Shown in pieces: positions 31,883-41,628 of a stretch of 64,000 bases of DNA. A model generated the notes under the pieces. It was not told the DNA's origin. It saw only the letters and a list, made by a program, of their open reading frames with translations, and searched no databases. Each line of letters starts with the position of its first letter. The stretch's first letter is position 1. The stretch is from Candidatus Poribacteria bacterium. GTDB lineage: Bacteria; Poribacteria; WGA-4E; PCPOR2b. The stretch is taken from the NCBI GenBank assembly GCA_965208325.1, contig OZ242326.1, positions 4,160,001 to 4,224,000 of the forward strand. The letters run 5' to 3'. The position numbers and the translations under genes were made by a program.

Positions 31883-32596
31883 TCACCCACTCTTTAACAG
31901 CCCCGAAAATTGCACAAATTTGGATAGTTCGATGACAGTCTGGGGAGCGGAAATCTCTTCTCCAGCGAGTTGCATCGCAAAAAGGTGGTCGCATAAGCGT
32001 TGCAACCCTTCTGGATTATCCACGTCATACCACGGCGGCAGCAAATGCAAGCGCGCATTGACGGCTTTAGTTTTTTGAAGTGTCTGGCGGAAAACTATGT
32101 CCGTACTCCATGAAATATCCTGAAAGACTTTGGGGATTGCCAACGATGCTCCGTGGGCGGAAAATCCTATCAGGTAGTACCCACCATCCATACTCGGTCC
32201 AATAGCCACATCGCAAGAGTCCAACAGCTTGAAAGCGCGCTCTACATACGAGAGCGGCAGCGTTGGACTATCAGAACCCACCAAAAGCAATTTTGAATAA
32301 TTTTGACTGGACGCCCATTGAGCAGCGGAGATTAGGCGTTCGCCTAGATTCGATCCAGCCTGTGGGATATAAATTACCTCTAAGCCAATCAAATTTTTCA
32401 TAGGAATCAGGCTGTCAGGCGGAGTGTAGGCAATAACAAGCTGAGCGGCAGGAATTCTGTGGAGCATATGGCACCAATCGACAAGAAACGCTCGGTATAA
32501 TGATGCTGCTCGTTCTGGCGGTAGGAAGGGAATCAGACGAGTTTTTACTTCGTTGGGAACTGGATTTTTGGCGAAGACAATTATACAATTTGCCAA
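31883..32596 (-). CDS. DUF2064/TIGR04282-like nucleotidyl/glycosyltransferase-fold protein
   Basis: FAKNP...VKTRL, GSDSPTL, GPSMDGGYYLIG, WST, DVD. Confidence 0.85.
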   Translation of the reverse strand: MANCIIVFAKNPVPNEVKTRLIPFLPPERAASLYRAFLVDWCHMLHRIPAAQLVIAYTPPDSLIPMKNLIGLEVIYIPQAGSNLGERLISAAQWASSQNYSKLLLVGSDSPTLPLSYVERAFKLLDSCDVAIGPSMDGGYYLIGFSAHGASLAIPKVFQDISWSTDIVFRQTLQKTKAVNARLHLLPPWYDVDNPEGLQRLCDHLFAMQLAGEEISAPQTVIELSKFVQFSGLLKSG

Positions 32597-32648
32597 AATT
32601 CGTCTCTACGCGAGATGGTTCAAATGTTAGCGGGTGCAACGAAGAGAA

Positions 32649-33569
32649 TCAGCCGCCCAAAAAAGAAAAAATGGTTCTCAAAACTATCGCAACGCAGGCT
32701 ATGATAACAGCAAGCATGGCGATGCGGCCTCCCTTCAACGCGCCGCCGCGGGCATTAATATGGAATTTTGCCCCGATGCCGGTGACGATGGCGAGCAGAG
32801 ACAACCCATACCCGACATTCCATTGGATTTGGAAAGTGACGGCCGACAGAGAAATTAGCGCAAATCCTAGGCTGGCTTTGGCAAAAAAGCTGATTCGGAC
32901 TGCAGCCTCCCCGGAACTGCTTGAATCCAATGCTACCGCGGCGTCCGGGTGTTGATTGCGACGGCGAGGGGGAGGCACTTCGCGATAGGTTGATTCGACC
33001 AAACGGATGAACTCAGCCATTAATTTTTGCGCTTTCAGCCACTGAAAAAGTTGGAAATATTCGTGCCGGAGTAGCATTGAGAATTCTTGACGTTGGGCAC
33101 TGAGATCGATAAACTCGCCCCAACGGCTCTCCTCTATTACCCCATAGGGTTCTGGTCCGACTCGCAACTCGTATCCTCTGCCCGGGTAATGAATAATCCT
33201 GCCAATGCCTTCACGTTCCGCAATGGTAACCTCTTCAAAGACGGTTGGTGCGGCTTTTGGCGGCTCGTTCATAGTCGGAGTGTTAAGATGGTTACGTGCG
33301 GGAACCTTCGCTGTTGCACGGTCAGCGTGTTCTTCATTGGCGATTGCCAAGTTGATGTCACTTACAATTTCTAATGCTTCGACTTGATCATCACGAGAAA
33401 CGGAAAGTATAATTTGGCGTTTTCCGTCCGCGTCTCTCTCGCGTGTGGGTCGGCACTGGATGTGTTGATTCTTAAGTGTTGTCTGAACCAAATTGGATTC
33501 CCACTCATCGGTCGTGCGATAGATTTCGATCCAATCGCCGGTACTGAAAAGTGAATCGTCGTGAGGCAC
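32649..33569 (-). CDS. Hypothetical membrane protein (N-terminal DUF2007-like, C-terminal TM segments)
   Basis: 306-aa ORF, WIEIYRT..EWE..LV..L N-terminus, hydrophobic C-terminal helices. Confidence 0.55.
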   Translation of the reverse strand: MPHDDSLFSTGDWIEIYRTTDEWESNLVQTTLKNQHIQCRPTRERDADGKRQIILSVSRDDQVEALEIVSDINLAIANEEHADRATAKVPARNHLNTPTMNEPPKAAPTVFEEVTIAEREGIGRIIHYPGRGYELRVGPEPYGVIEESRWGEFIDLSAQRQEFSMLLRHEYFQLFQWLKAQKLMAEFIRLVESTYREVPPPRRRNQHPDAAVALDSSSSGEAAVRISFFAKASLGFALISLSAVTFQIQWNVGYGLSLLAIVTGIGAKFHINARGGALKGGRIAMLAVIIACVAIVLRTIFSFLGG

Positions 33570-33777
33570 GCATTCTCCTTTGCCGATTGCGGTTTGGCCA
33601 GCCGCTCCCGGTTTTAAACCTGCTAGATTTATCTCGCCGCAAAATCGAACCCAATTCTGATTTTATCACGATTCAAAATAGTTGTCAACGGGCGCAATCC
33701 ATCTTTCAATACGGCGCGTTAAGGCTTCCCAACAGGTCTTTGTGGAAACCGTTGCAGTGCGGAAATCGTAATTATTC

Positions 33778-33806
33778 TTGCATTCACAGGGAAAATAGTG
33801 TATACT
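33778..33806 (+). promoter_or_regulatory. Sigma70 promoter for the cold-shock gene
   Basis: TTGCAT-17nt-TATACT. Confidence 0.7.
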
Positions 33807-33979
33807 GTGCGTGCTAACTGTTGAATGGTTAAACTTAGCATTGTAAGTAAGTAAGTAGTATGAGGGGCAAAACTGAAGCATCTTCCCCAGATTCGCTGTC
33901 TTTTTGTACCTCTATGCTTCTTCAGCTTCATGCGACATTTGCAGTATAGAATCTTACAGAAGAAAGGAGGTGCAACACG

Positions 33980-34180
33980 ATGGCAAGAGGTCAAGTCAAA
34001 TGGTTCAATGACCAAAAAGGTTATGGATTCATAACCACTGATGAGGGGGAAGATGTGTTCGTGCATTATTCCGCCATTGAAGGATCCGGTTTCAAGTCTC
34101 TCCAAGAGGGGCAAGAGGTCGAGTTCAAAATTGTAAGCGGCCCCAAGGGCTTTCAGGCAGAAGAAGTGATGAAGGTTTAA
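33980..34180 (+). CDS. Cold-shock protein (CspA family)
   Basis: [37 protein letters not shown]. Confidence 0.96.
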   Translation: MARGQVKWFNDQKGYGFITTDEGEDVFVHYSAIEGSGFKSLQEGQEVEFKIVSGPKGFQAEEVMKV

Positions 34181-34235
34181 GGCTGTAATGGCTCAAAAAC
34201 CTGTTTCACGTTAATCCAGATTTTTTAATTTACCG

Positions 34236-34268
34236 AAAGGCTCCCAAGTTTTTGGGAGCCTTTTTTTT
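34236..34268 (+). terminator. Intrinsic terminator
   Basis: AAAGGCTCCCAA...TTGGGAGCCTTT stem plus T8. Confidence 0.9.
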
Positions 34269-34426
34269 GGCTGACGGTAGGGCGAGCGTAGGAATCAACC
34301 GCTTTTTTAGTCGTGCATTCTATAGGGATTTGCTATAATGCGCCGGAAGCGGTGTTAGTTTGCACGTTGAAAAGTATCATGAATTTTGTCGGTAGAAGCA
34401 GTAATTGAAGGGTTCTGACTGTACAG

Positions 34427-35440
34427 ATGGTCAAGATTGATAACATAGAATTAGGCGATTTTCCGATTCTGTTGGCACCCATGGAAGATGTCAGCGATCC
34501 GCCTTTTCGGAAGGTTTGCCACGATAACGGGGCGGACCTGATGTTTACGGAGTTCATCTCTTCGGAGGGACTTATCAGGAACGCTGCCAAGAGCGTATCG
34601 AAGCTAGATATCTTCGAGTATGAGCGCCCTATCGGCATTCAGATTTTCGGCAGCGAAATTTCATCAATGCGAGAGGCAGTTGGAATTGCCGAGAAGGCCG
34701 ATCCCGATCTGATTGACATCAACTACGGCTGCCCCGTGAAAAAGGTTGCGTGTAAAGGGGCGGGTGCCGGGATTTTACTGGATCTTCCGAAGATGATAAA
34801 AATGACGGACGAGATTGTAAAGTCCACGGCAGTCCCGGTAACGGTCAAAACCCGGCTCGGTTGGGACGAAAAGACGAAATTCATTGTGGATGTCGCAGAG
34901 AGATTACAGGATGTAGGGATTCAGGCGATTACTGTTCACGGCAGAACGCGGGTGCAGATGTACAAAGGTGACGCCGACTGGACTTTGATAGGGGAAATAA
35001 ATAATAACCCTCGCATGAAAATTCCTGTTTTTGGAAACGGCGATGTTGACAGCCCCAAAAAGGCGTTTGAATTGCGCCAAACGTACGGCGTGGATGGCAT
35101 GATGATTGGGCGGGCTGCGATTGGTTATCCGTGGATTTTCAACGAAATAAAACACTATCTTTCCACGGGGCAATTACTGCCGCCGCCGACTCTGAAAGAG
35201 AGCCTACACGTCATGGAACAGCATCTGAACCTCTCCATAAAATGGAAAGGGATGCGGTTGGGCATACTAGAGATGAGACGGCATTATAAGAACTATCTCA
35301 AGGGCATACCGAACATGAAACCTTACCGCTCAAAGCTAGTGACGAGCGATAGTTATGGAGAAATTATCCAAGTTATAGACGATTTACAAGAACGTACTAG
35401 ATTGACCGGATACGATCATATCGAACAACATGGAGGATAA
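34427..35440 (+). CDS. dusB: tRNA dihydrouridine synthase
   Basis: LAPMEDVSD, DINYGCP, VTVKTRLGW, HGRT, GNGD, MIGRAAIGYPWIF. Confidence 0.9.
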   Translation: MVKIDNIELGDFPILLAPMEDVSDPPFRKVCHDNGADLMFTEFISSEGLIRNAAKSVSKLDIFEYERPIGIQIFGSEISSMREAVGIAEKADPDLIDINYGCPVKKVACKGAGAGILLDLPKMIKMTDEIVKSTAVPVTVKTRLGWDEKTKFIVDVAERLQDVGIQAITVHGRTRVQMYKGDADWTLIGEINNNPRMKIPVFGNGDVDSPKKAFELRQTYGVDGMMIGRAAIGYPWIFNEIKHYLSTGQLLPPPTLKESLHVMEQHLNLSIKWKGMRLGILEMRRHYKNYLKGIPNMKPYRSKLVTSDSYGEIIQVIDDLQERTRLTGYDHIEQHGG

Positions 35441-35444
35441 GATT

Positions 35445-36197
35445 ATGAAAATCAGGCCAAACCGGGTGAAGCAGAAACTTGCAGCGGGGGAACTCTCGTA
35501 CACAATCAGCGGCATCACCCACGCGGACGACATTGACGCATTCGGCCCGAACGGATTTGACGGTGTGTGGCTGGAAGCCGAGCACGGGGCGGTGGACGCT
35601 GCGGATCTCGGCAACCTCACCCGCGCTTGCGACATTTGGAATATGACTTCGGTGGTTCGTGTCAACCGCAACGACCAGGCACTCATTTACCGTACACTTG
35701 ACCGCGGCGCGCAGGGCATCGTCGTCCCGCACGTGAATACCAAGGAAGAAGCCCAGAACGTCGTTGACGGCGGCAAGTTCGCGCCGATGGGGCACCGCGG
35801 CATGTTCACAAGCCGCCAGGGTTACGCAGTGCCCGATTATTACGATGTTGCGAACGATGAGACACTGCTAATCGTACTGATTGAGGACATTGTTGCTATC
35901 GGGAATCTTGATGAAATTCTAAGTGTGGACGGCATAGACGTGTTCATGGTCGCCCCGACAGATTTGGCGGCTTCGATGGGGCATCTGGCGAACATTCAGC
36001 ACCCGGAAGTTCAAGCCACAATTGATGACGCACTTGCGCGCATTCAGGCGGCGGGACGGGTAGCCGGCACGCTTGTCAATAACCAAAACGTCGCGAAATA
36101 CGTTCAGGCGGGGGTGAGATTCTTATTGACGCAAGTTAAACCGTGGCTTTCTGCTGGGGCAACCGAATTCATTGCCAACGCCCAGAACGCGAGGTGA
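35445..36197 (+). CDS. HpcH/HpaI aldolase family protein
   Basis: LEAEHG, LDRGAQGIVVPHV, VLIE, VAPTDLAASMG. Confidence 0.88.
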   Translation: MKIRPNRVKQKLAAGELSYTISGITHADDIDAFGPNGFDGVWLEAEHGAVDAADLGNLTRACDIWNMTSVVRVNRNDQALIYRTLDRGAQGIVVPHVNTKEEAQNVVDGGKFAPMGHRGMFTSRQGYAVPDYYDVANDETLLIVLIEDIVAIGNLDEILSVDGIDVFMVAPTDLAASMGHLANIQHPEVQATIDDALARIQAAGRVAGTLVNNQNVAKYVQAGVRFLLTQVKPWLSAGATEFIANAQNAR

Positions 36198-36282
36198 CTC
36201 TGGTGAGCATTCGCCGATATTGAGCGAGGAGCAGAACAGTCCAGTTAACGGTTGCAGTTGGGGGAGTCCATTTTTCAGAATC

Positions 36283-37470
36283 TTACACGACACCTTGACG
36301 TTTTAACCGGTCGACATCATCAGGCGCCATTCCCAACAAACCGGTTAGAATCTCGCCAGTATGCTCACCGAGATTGGGCGCGGGCGCATCGACACTGCCG
36401 GGGGTTTCCGATAGCTTAATCGGAACACCCGGAATTCCGACGGCGCCCGTCATTTGGTGTTCGACTTCGACAATCATCTCCCTCGCTCGGACTTGCGGAT
36501 CGCTGGCTACCTTGTCCACTGTGTTGACGGGGCCGCACGGCACACCAATTTCCTCGAGCGCTGTCACCCACTGCTCGGTTGAACGTTGGCGCATAATCTC
36601 CGCAAGGATTGGGAACAGTTCTTCATGGTTCTCGGTGCGCAGCGCGTTCGTGCTGAACCTACTGTCGTCGATTAGCTCAGGCTGCTTGACATGCTCGCAA
36701 AACTTCTTCCACAACACGTTGTTTCCCATGGCTATGACCACATAACCGTCCGCGGATTCAAACGCCTCAAACGGCGTTATTGTTGGATGGCGCCTACCCA
36801 ACGGCTGCGGCACCTCGCCAGTCGAGAGGTACCGCACCATGGCGTTTTCCAAGATTGCCACTTGGCAATCCAACATCGCGACATCAATGAACTGCCCCTC
36901 TCCTGTCTTGTCGCGGTGCCGCAGCGCCGAGAGGATTCCGATCGCCGTAAACAGTGCGGCAGTGATGTCGCTAATCGACGTGCCGACGCGAACGGGCGGA
37001 CGATTCGGTTCGCCGGTGATACTAATCATGCCGCCCATCCCTTGAATTATCATGTCGTACGCACCGCGGCCGGCATAGGGTCCGGTCTGCCCAAATCCCG
37101 AACAGGCTGCGTAGAGCAAGGGTGGGTGGTGCGTCTTTAGCGTTTCGTAGTCCAAGCCGAGTTTTTTCATTGCCCCCGGACGAAAATTTTCAAGGAGTAC
37201 GTCCGACTTCTTGACCAACTCCACGAGGATGTCCTTGCCAGGCTGGGATTTGAGGTTCAGTGTCAAGCTTTTCTTGCCCCGGTTTATGCTCATAAAATAC
37301 AAACTGAAGTCGTTTTTGAATGGACCGATGCCTCTGGCTTCATCTCCGACACCGGGTTGCTCAATTTTTATGACTTCGGCGCCGAGATCGCGCAAGATCA
37401 TGGCTGCATAGGGTCCCGCTAAAATCCGGGTGAGATCCAAGACTCGTATCCCCTTTAATGGGCCTTGCAT
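36283..37470 (-). CDS. CaiB/BaiF (family III) CoA-transferase
   Basis: GIRVLDLTRILAGP, NRGKKS, ENFRPG, AYD, APNLGEHT. Confidence 0.93.
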   Translation of the reverse strand: MQGPLKGIRVLDLTRILAGPYAAMILRDLGAEVIKIEQPGVGDEARGIGPFKNDFSLYFMSINRGKKSLTLNLKSQPGKDILVELVKKSDVLLENFRPGAMKKLGLDYETLKTHHPPLLYAACSGFGQTGPYAGRGAYDMIIQGMGGMISITGEPNRPPVRVGTSISDITAALFTAIGILSALRHRDKTGEGQFIDVAMLDCQVAILENAMVRYLSTGEVPQPLGRRHPTITPFEAFESADGYVVIAMGNNVLWKKFCEHVKQPELIDDSRFSTNALRTENHEELFPILAEIMRQRSTEQWVTALEEIGVPCGPVNTVDKVASDPQVRAREMIVEVEHQMTGAVGIPGVPIKLSETPGSVDAPAPNLGEHTGEILTGLLGMAPDDVDRLKRQGVV

Positions 37471-37658
37471 GAGTTTTCCTTTCTGTCCATTGTGCTTCCT
37501 ATTTTAACACGATTTACGTATCGAATTGTATTGAAAACCGATACGGCGGTTTCATGAGAGCGACGGCAAATTTTTGTTGATTTTCTACCAAACACCTGTA
37601 CAATATAGCGTGTGAAAATTCAGATAACCAGACGACGCGAACATTGGAGGCAGCGATT

Positions 37659-38444
37659 ATGCGACACAACAAATTGCGCGAATTACTGAACACGGGCCAA
37701 CCGAGCGTTAGCACGCACGTGCACAGCACTTGGCCGAGTGTTGTTGAAGCCATCGGGCATACAGGCATGTACGACTACGTCGAATTCGTTGCGGAATATG
37801 CGCCGTTCGACCTGTACGCGCTCGACAACTTCTGCCGCGCAGTTGAACTATTTGACATGTCCGCCATGATTAAGATTGATCAGGAACCTCGAAACTTTCT
37901 GGCGCAACGCGCCATCGGATCCGGCTTCCAGAGTGTTTTGTTTGCGGATGTCCGGACGGTCGAGGATGCACACGAGTGTGTTCGAGCGGTACGCCCCGAA
38001 ACGCCTGAAGCCGGCGGCTATCACGGAGTTGCGACGCGGCGCGCCACATATATGGGATATGGAGGCACAAAAGACTATGTAAACGCACTAAATGACGTTG
38101 TAATTGCGTTTATGATAGAAAAAAAGCCTACAATAGATGCCCTACCGGACATCCTGTCGGTGGATGGGGTAGACATGCTCCAGTGGGGCGGGGCGGACTT
38201 TTCTATGAGTATTGGACGCCCCGGAGAGCGGTACAAAGCGGACATCAGATCCATCGAACGGACGGTAATAGAAACAGGCCTGAAGATGAACGTTCCGCCG
38301 CGAGCGGAAATTGACAGCGTGGACGACGCAAAGTATTACCTAGATTTAGGCGTGCGCCACTTTTCCATTGGTACGGACATTATGGTGCTGCACAAGTGGA
38401 TGAAGGAAAACGGGGAGGCGCTGCGTAAAGAGATTTTGGGGTAG
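37659..38444 (+). CDS. HpcH/HpaI aldolase family protein (divergent)
   Basis: DYVEFVAEY, FMIEK, WGGADFSMSIG, FSIGTD. Confidence 0.8.
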   Translation: MRHNKLRELLNTGQPSVSTHVHSTWPSVVEAIGHTGMYDYVEFVAEYAPFDLYALDNFCRAVELFDMSAMIKIDQEPRNFLAQRAIGSGFQSVLFADVRTVEDAHECVRAVRPETPEAGGYHGVATRRATYMGYGGTKDYVNALNDVVIAFMIEKKPTIDALPDILSVDGVDMLQWGGADFSMSIGRPGERYKADIRSIERTVIETGLKMNVPPRAEIDSVDDAKYYLDLGVRHFSIGTDIMVLHKWMKENGEALRKEILG

Positions 38445-38642
38445 GCAGCGTTGGAACGGTTTTTGCGTTGAAAAACATTAACATCATGGGCAAAATAGGG
38501 GATGGGGGTTATAAAGTGCGGTGTGGATGCAATACGATTTTGCAGAATATGACAGCACGCGGAGTGTGCCGTCATGGGCGGCGAGACGCCGCGCCTACTG
38601 CGGAGGCGCGGTGAGATGGCACGCGTACGGGGGATGGAAAAT

Positions 38643-39938
38643 ATGACGAATCGCGCGATGAGAATTTTTGTGTTGGCGGTGATAAACACCGTGTTGTTCG
38701 GACACGCCGTTGCCGACGACTGGCCGCAGTGGCGAGGCGTTAACCGCGACGGCGTATGGCTGGAAACCGGCATTGTCGAGAAATTCGACGAACTTTCGAT
38801 TCGGTGGCGGACAGAGATTGGCGCTGGATACAGTGGTCCCACTGTCGCCGAGGGACGCGTGTACGTGACCGACCGCATCACGAAACCGCAGCAGATGGAG
38901 CGCGTCCACTGTTTCGATTGGGAAACCGGAAACGAGATCTGGACTTATGCTTACGTCTGCGAATACCGAAACGTCGGTTACACCGCAGGGCCGCGCGCCA
39001 ACGTGACTGTGCACGAGGGTCTGGTGTACGCACTGGGCGCCATGGGGCATCTGCACTGCTTTAACGCGGCGGACGGCGATATCGTGTGGAAAAGAGACCT
39101 CAACACCGAATACAACATCCGCATGCCGACATGGGGGATTGCTAGCGCGCCGATTATCGATAAGGATTTAATCATCGTCCAGATCGGCGGGTCTTCCGGC
39201 GCATGCCTCGTTGCCTTCGACCGCAAAAACGGCGAGGAGCGGTGGACAGCGCTTGATGACCGCGCCTCCTACGCCGCACCTATTTTAATCAGTCAGGCAG
39301 GCGAGCGGGTGCTGGTCTGTTGGACGGGCGACAACCTTGCCGGACTTAACCCGCAAACCGGGGAACTACATTGGAAACACCCGTTTGCACCGGACAAAGG
39401 GGTTATATCCATTGCGACACCGGTATTTCACGACGGACGTCTCTTCGTCTCCAACTTTTTCGAAGGATCGCTCATGCTCAGGGTTCACCCCGACCGATTG
39501 GCGGTTGAGAAGATTTGGCGGCGAAAAGGCGTTGATGAGAAAAATACCGACAGCCTACACGCCATCATGTCGACGCCGCTTCTGATCGGCGACTACATTT
39601 ACGGCGTTGACAGCTACGGCGAACTGCGATGCCTTGAAGCCGACACGGGCGACCGAATCTGGGAAGATGTCACCGCGGTTCCTAGAGCGCGCTGGGGTAC
39701 GATTCACTGTGTACGCAACGGCGATAGGGTCTGGATGTTCAACGAACGCGGCGAGTTGCTTGTCACCACGCTGTCTCCGGAGGGGCTTAACATCATCAGC
39801 CGCGCCAAACTCATTGAGCCGACCCGCGGCCAACTCAACAGCCGCGGCGGCGTTTGCTGGTCGCATCCCGCCTACGCCTACAAACATGTTTTTGCCCGCA
39901 ATGACGAGGAACTGGTGTGCGCGGGGTTGGCGAAGTAG
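38643..39938 (+). CDS. Secreted PQQ-like beta-propeller repeat protein
   Basis: Signal peptide, DWPQWRG..RDG, repeated G.L.C...G...W blades, WSHPAYA. Confidence 0.88.
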   Translation: MTNRAMRIFVLAVINTVLFGHAVADDWPQWRGVNRDGVWLETGIVEKFDELSIRWRTEIGAGYSGPTVAEGRVYVTDRITKPQQMERVHCFDWETGNEIWTYAYVCEYRNVGYTAGPRANVTVHEGLVYALGAMGHLHCFNAADGDIVWKRDLNTEYNIRMPTWGIASAPIIDKDLIIVQIGGSSGACLVAFDRKNGEERWTALDDRASYAAPILISQAGERVLVCWTGDNLAGLNPQTGELHWKHPFAPDKGVISIATPVFHDGRLFVSNFFEGSLMLRVHPDRLAVEKIWRRKGVDEKNTDSLHAIMSTPLLIGDYIYGVDSYGELRCLEADTGDRIWEDVTAVPRARWGTIHCVRNGDRVWMFNERGELLVTTLSPEGLNIISRAKLIEPTRGQLNSRGGVCWSHPAYAYKHVFARNDEELVCAGLAK

Positions 39939-40142
39939 CTGGACGTTGGATGAACGTAGTCGCCGTGCCGTGCGCGCCGCCATGCCCAACCTCTCACTCC
40001 AATTCGCACTCATCCCTCAACCCACGATGCGGACAGACGTTTCGGCGAGACAAATTGCATTGGGATATGCGAAATATTTAGCATGATAAACTTGATAGTT
40101 CTGTGTTCGATACTGGTATCGAGCCAACGCGAGGTTATTCCG

Positions 40143-41588
40143 ATGACCAACGATTCCAATCAGGCGCATCTAAAGCGGCAGCAGATGGCTGGCGACCCGT
40201 ACCGCCCGCTATACCACTTCCTACCGCCGGCGAACTGGATGAACGACCCGAACGGCGCAATCTATTGGAAAGGGAAATACCATCTGTTCTATCAATACAA
40301 CCCAAACGGCGCATTCCACGGCACTATTCACTGGGGGCACACGGTGAGCGAGGATTTGGTGCATTGGACGGATTTGCCAATCGCACTGTCGCCGACGCCG
40401 GGCGGCGCTGACCGGGAGGGTTGCTATAGCGGCGGCGCCGTCGTTAATGACGGCGTTCCGACGCTAATTTACTTCGGCAATCCTGACGGCAATTGCATTG
40501 CTACCAGTACGGACGATCTGCTCACGTGGCAAAAACCGCCCGAAAATCCGGTTATCCCGCAGTCGGCGCCCGGCGCGGAGTGGCGGGCGTTTGATCCGTG
40601 CGCGTGGCGGGAAGGCGACACCTGGTACTCGCTCGCCGGCGGGCGGCTCGACGACATTGGGGACACGGCGTTCCTATTCCGGTCGCCGGACATGATAAAT
40701 TGGGAATACCTGCACCCATTTTACGCCAGCGAATTGGACAAGGAACCCGAATCGGATTGTGCAGTCCCCGATTTCTTTCCCCTCGGCGGCAAGCACATGC
40801 TGCTGTTCGCCAGCCACGAGCGCGGCGTGCAGTATTACATCGGCGCATACGCCGATCAGAAGTTTTACCCTGAGCGCCACGGCAGGCTGAATTTCGGCGA
40901 ATTCGGCGGCAACAGCGGGCACTTGTGCGCAAGCATCACGTTGAAAGACGGCGGGGGCCGCCGCATCTTCTTCGGCTGGGTTTCAGAGGGCCGCAGCGAA
41001 GCGGTGCAGCGCGCCTCCGGTTGGGCGGGGGTGATGTGTATCCCGCGTGTGTTGTCGCTGTTTGACGACGATACGCTGCGCATCGAACCGGTGCCGGAAA
41101 TAGAGAAGCTGCGCGGCAATCATCGCCGGACAACCGGCCTCCGCGTCAGCGGCGGCAGTTCGGTGCGGCTTGAGGGTATTTCAGGGGATTGCCTTGAACT
41201 CGACGTTGAGCTTGATCCGGGTGGCGCCGAGGCAATCGGCGTCAAGGTGCGCTGCGCACCCGACGGCGGCGAACAGACGATAATCGCTTATGACCGTAAA
41301 GAGAAACGCCTCATTTTGGATGCGGCGCAGTCGAGCGTAAATCCTGACGCGGTTAACCGCGGCGCGCAGCGCGCGCCGTTTGCGTTGGATGCGGGCGAAC
41401 TGCTGCAGTTGCGTATCTTCGTAGACCGTTCTATTGTTGAGGTTTTCGCCAACAAGCGGGTGTGCCTCACGAAACGAATTTATCCGTCGGGGCAGGACAG
41501 CGTTGGGGTGGAAGTTTTCGCTTTGGGCGGGGAGGCGGCCGTAAAGTCGGTGGACGCTTGGCAGATGGCGGCGATTTGGCCGGAGTGA
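40143..41588 (+). CDS. Glycoside hydrolase family 32
   Basis: WMNDPNG, HWGH, YSG, FDP, IFVDRSIVEVF; the usual RDP and EC motifs read FDP and DC. Confidence 0.88.
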   Translation: MTNDSNQAHLKRQQMAGDPYRPLYHFLPPANWMNDPNGAIYWKGKYHLFYQYNPNGAFHGTIHWGHTVSEDLVHWTDLPIALSPTPGGADREGCYSGGAVVNDGVPTLIYFGNPDGNCIATSTDDLLTWQKPPENPVIPQSAPGAEWRAFDPCAWREGDTWYSLAGGRLDDIGDTAFLFRSPDMINWEYLHPFYASELDKEPESDCAVPDFFPLGGKHMLLFASHERGVQYYIGAYADQKFYPERHGRLNFGEFGGNSGHLCASITLKDGGGRRIFFGWVSEGRSEAVQRASGWAGVMCIPRVLSLFDDDTLRIEPVPEIEKLRGNHRRTTGLRVSGGSSVRLEGISGDCLELDVELDPGGAEAIGVKVRCAPDGGEQTIIAYDRKEKRLILDAAQSSVNPDAVNRGAQRAPFALDAGELLQLRIFVDRSIVEVFANKRVCLTKRIYPSGQDSVGVEVFALGGEAAVKSVDAWQMAAIWPE

Positions 41589-41628
41589 GTCGGGTGAAAG
41601 GAATGGAAGGGATTGCGATTTTCGATAC

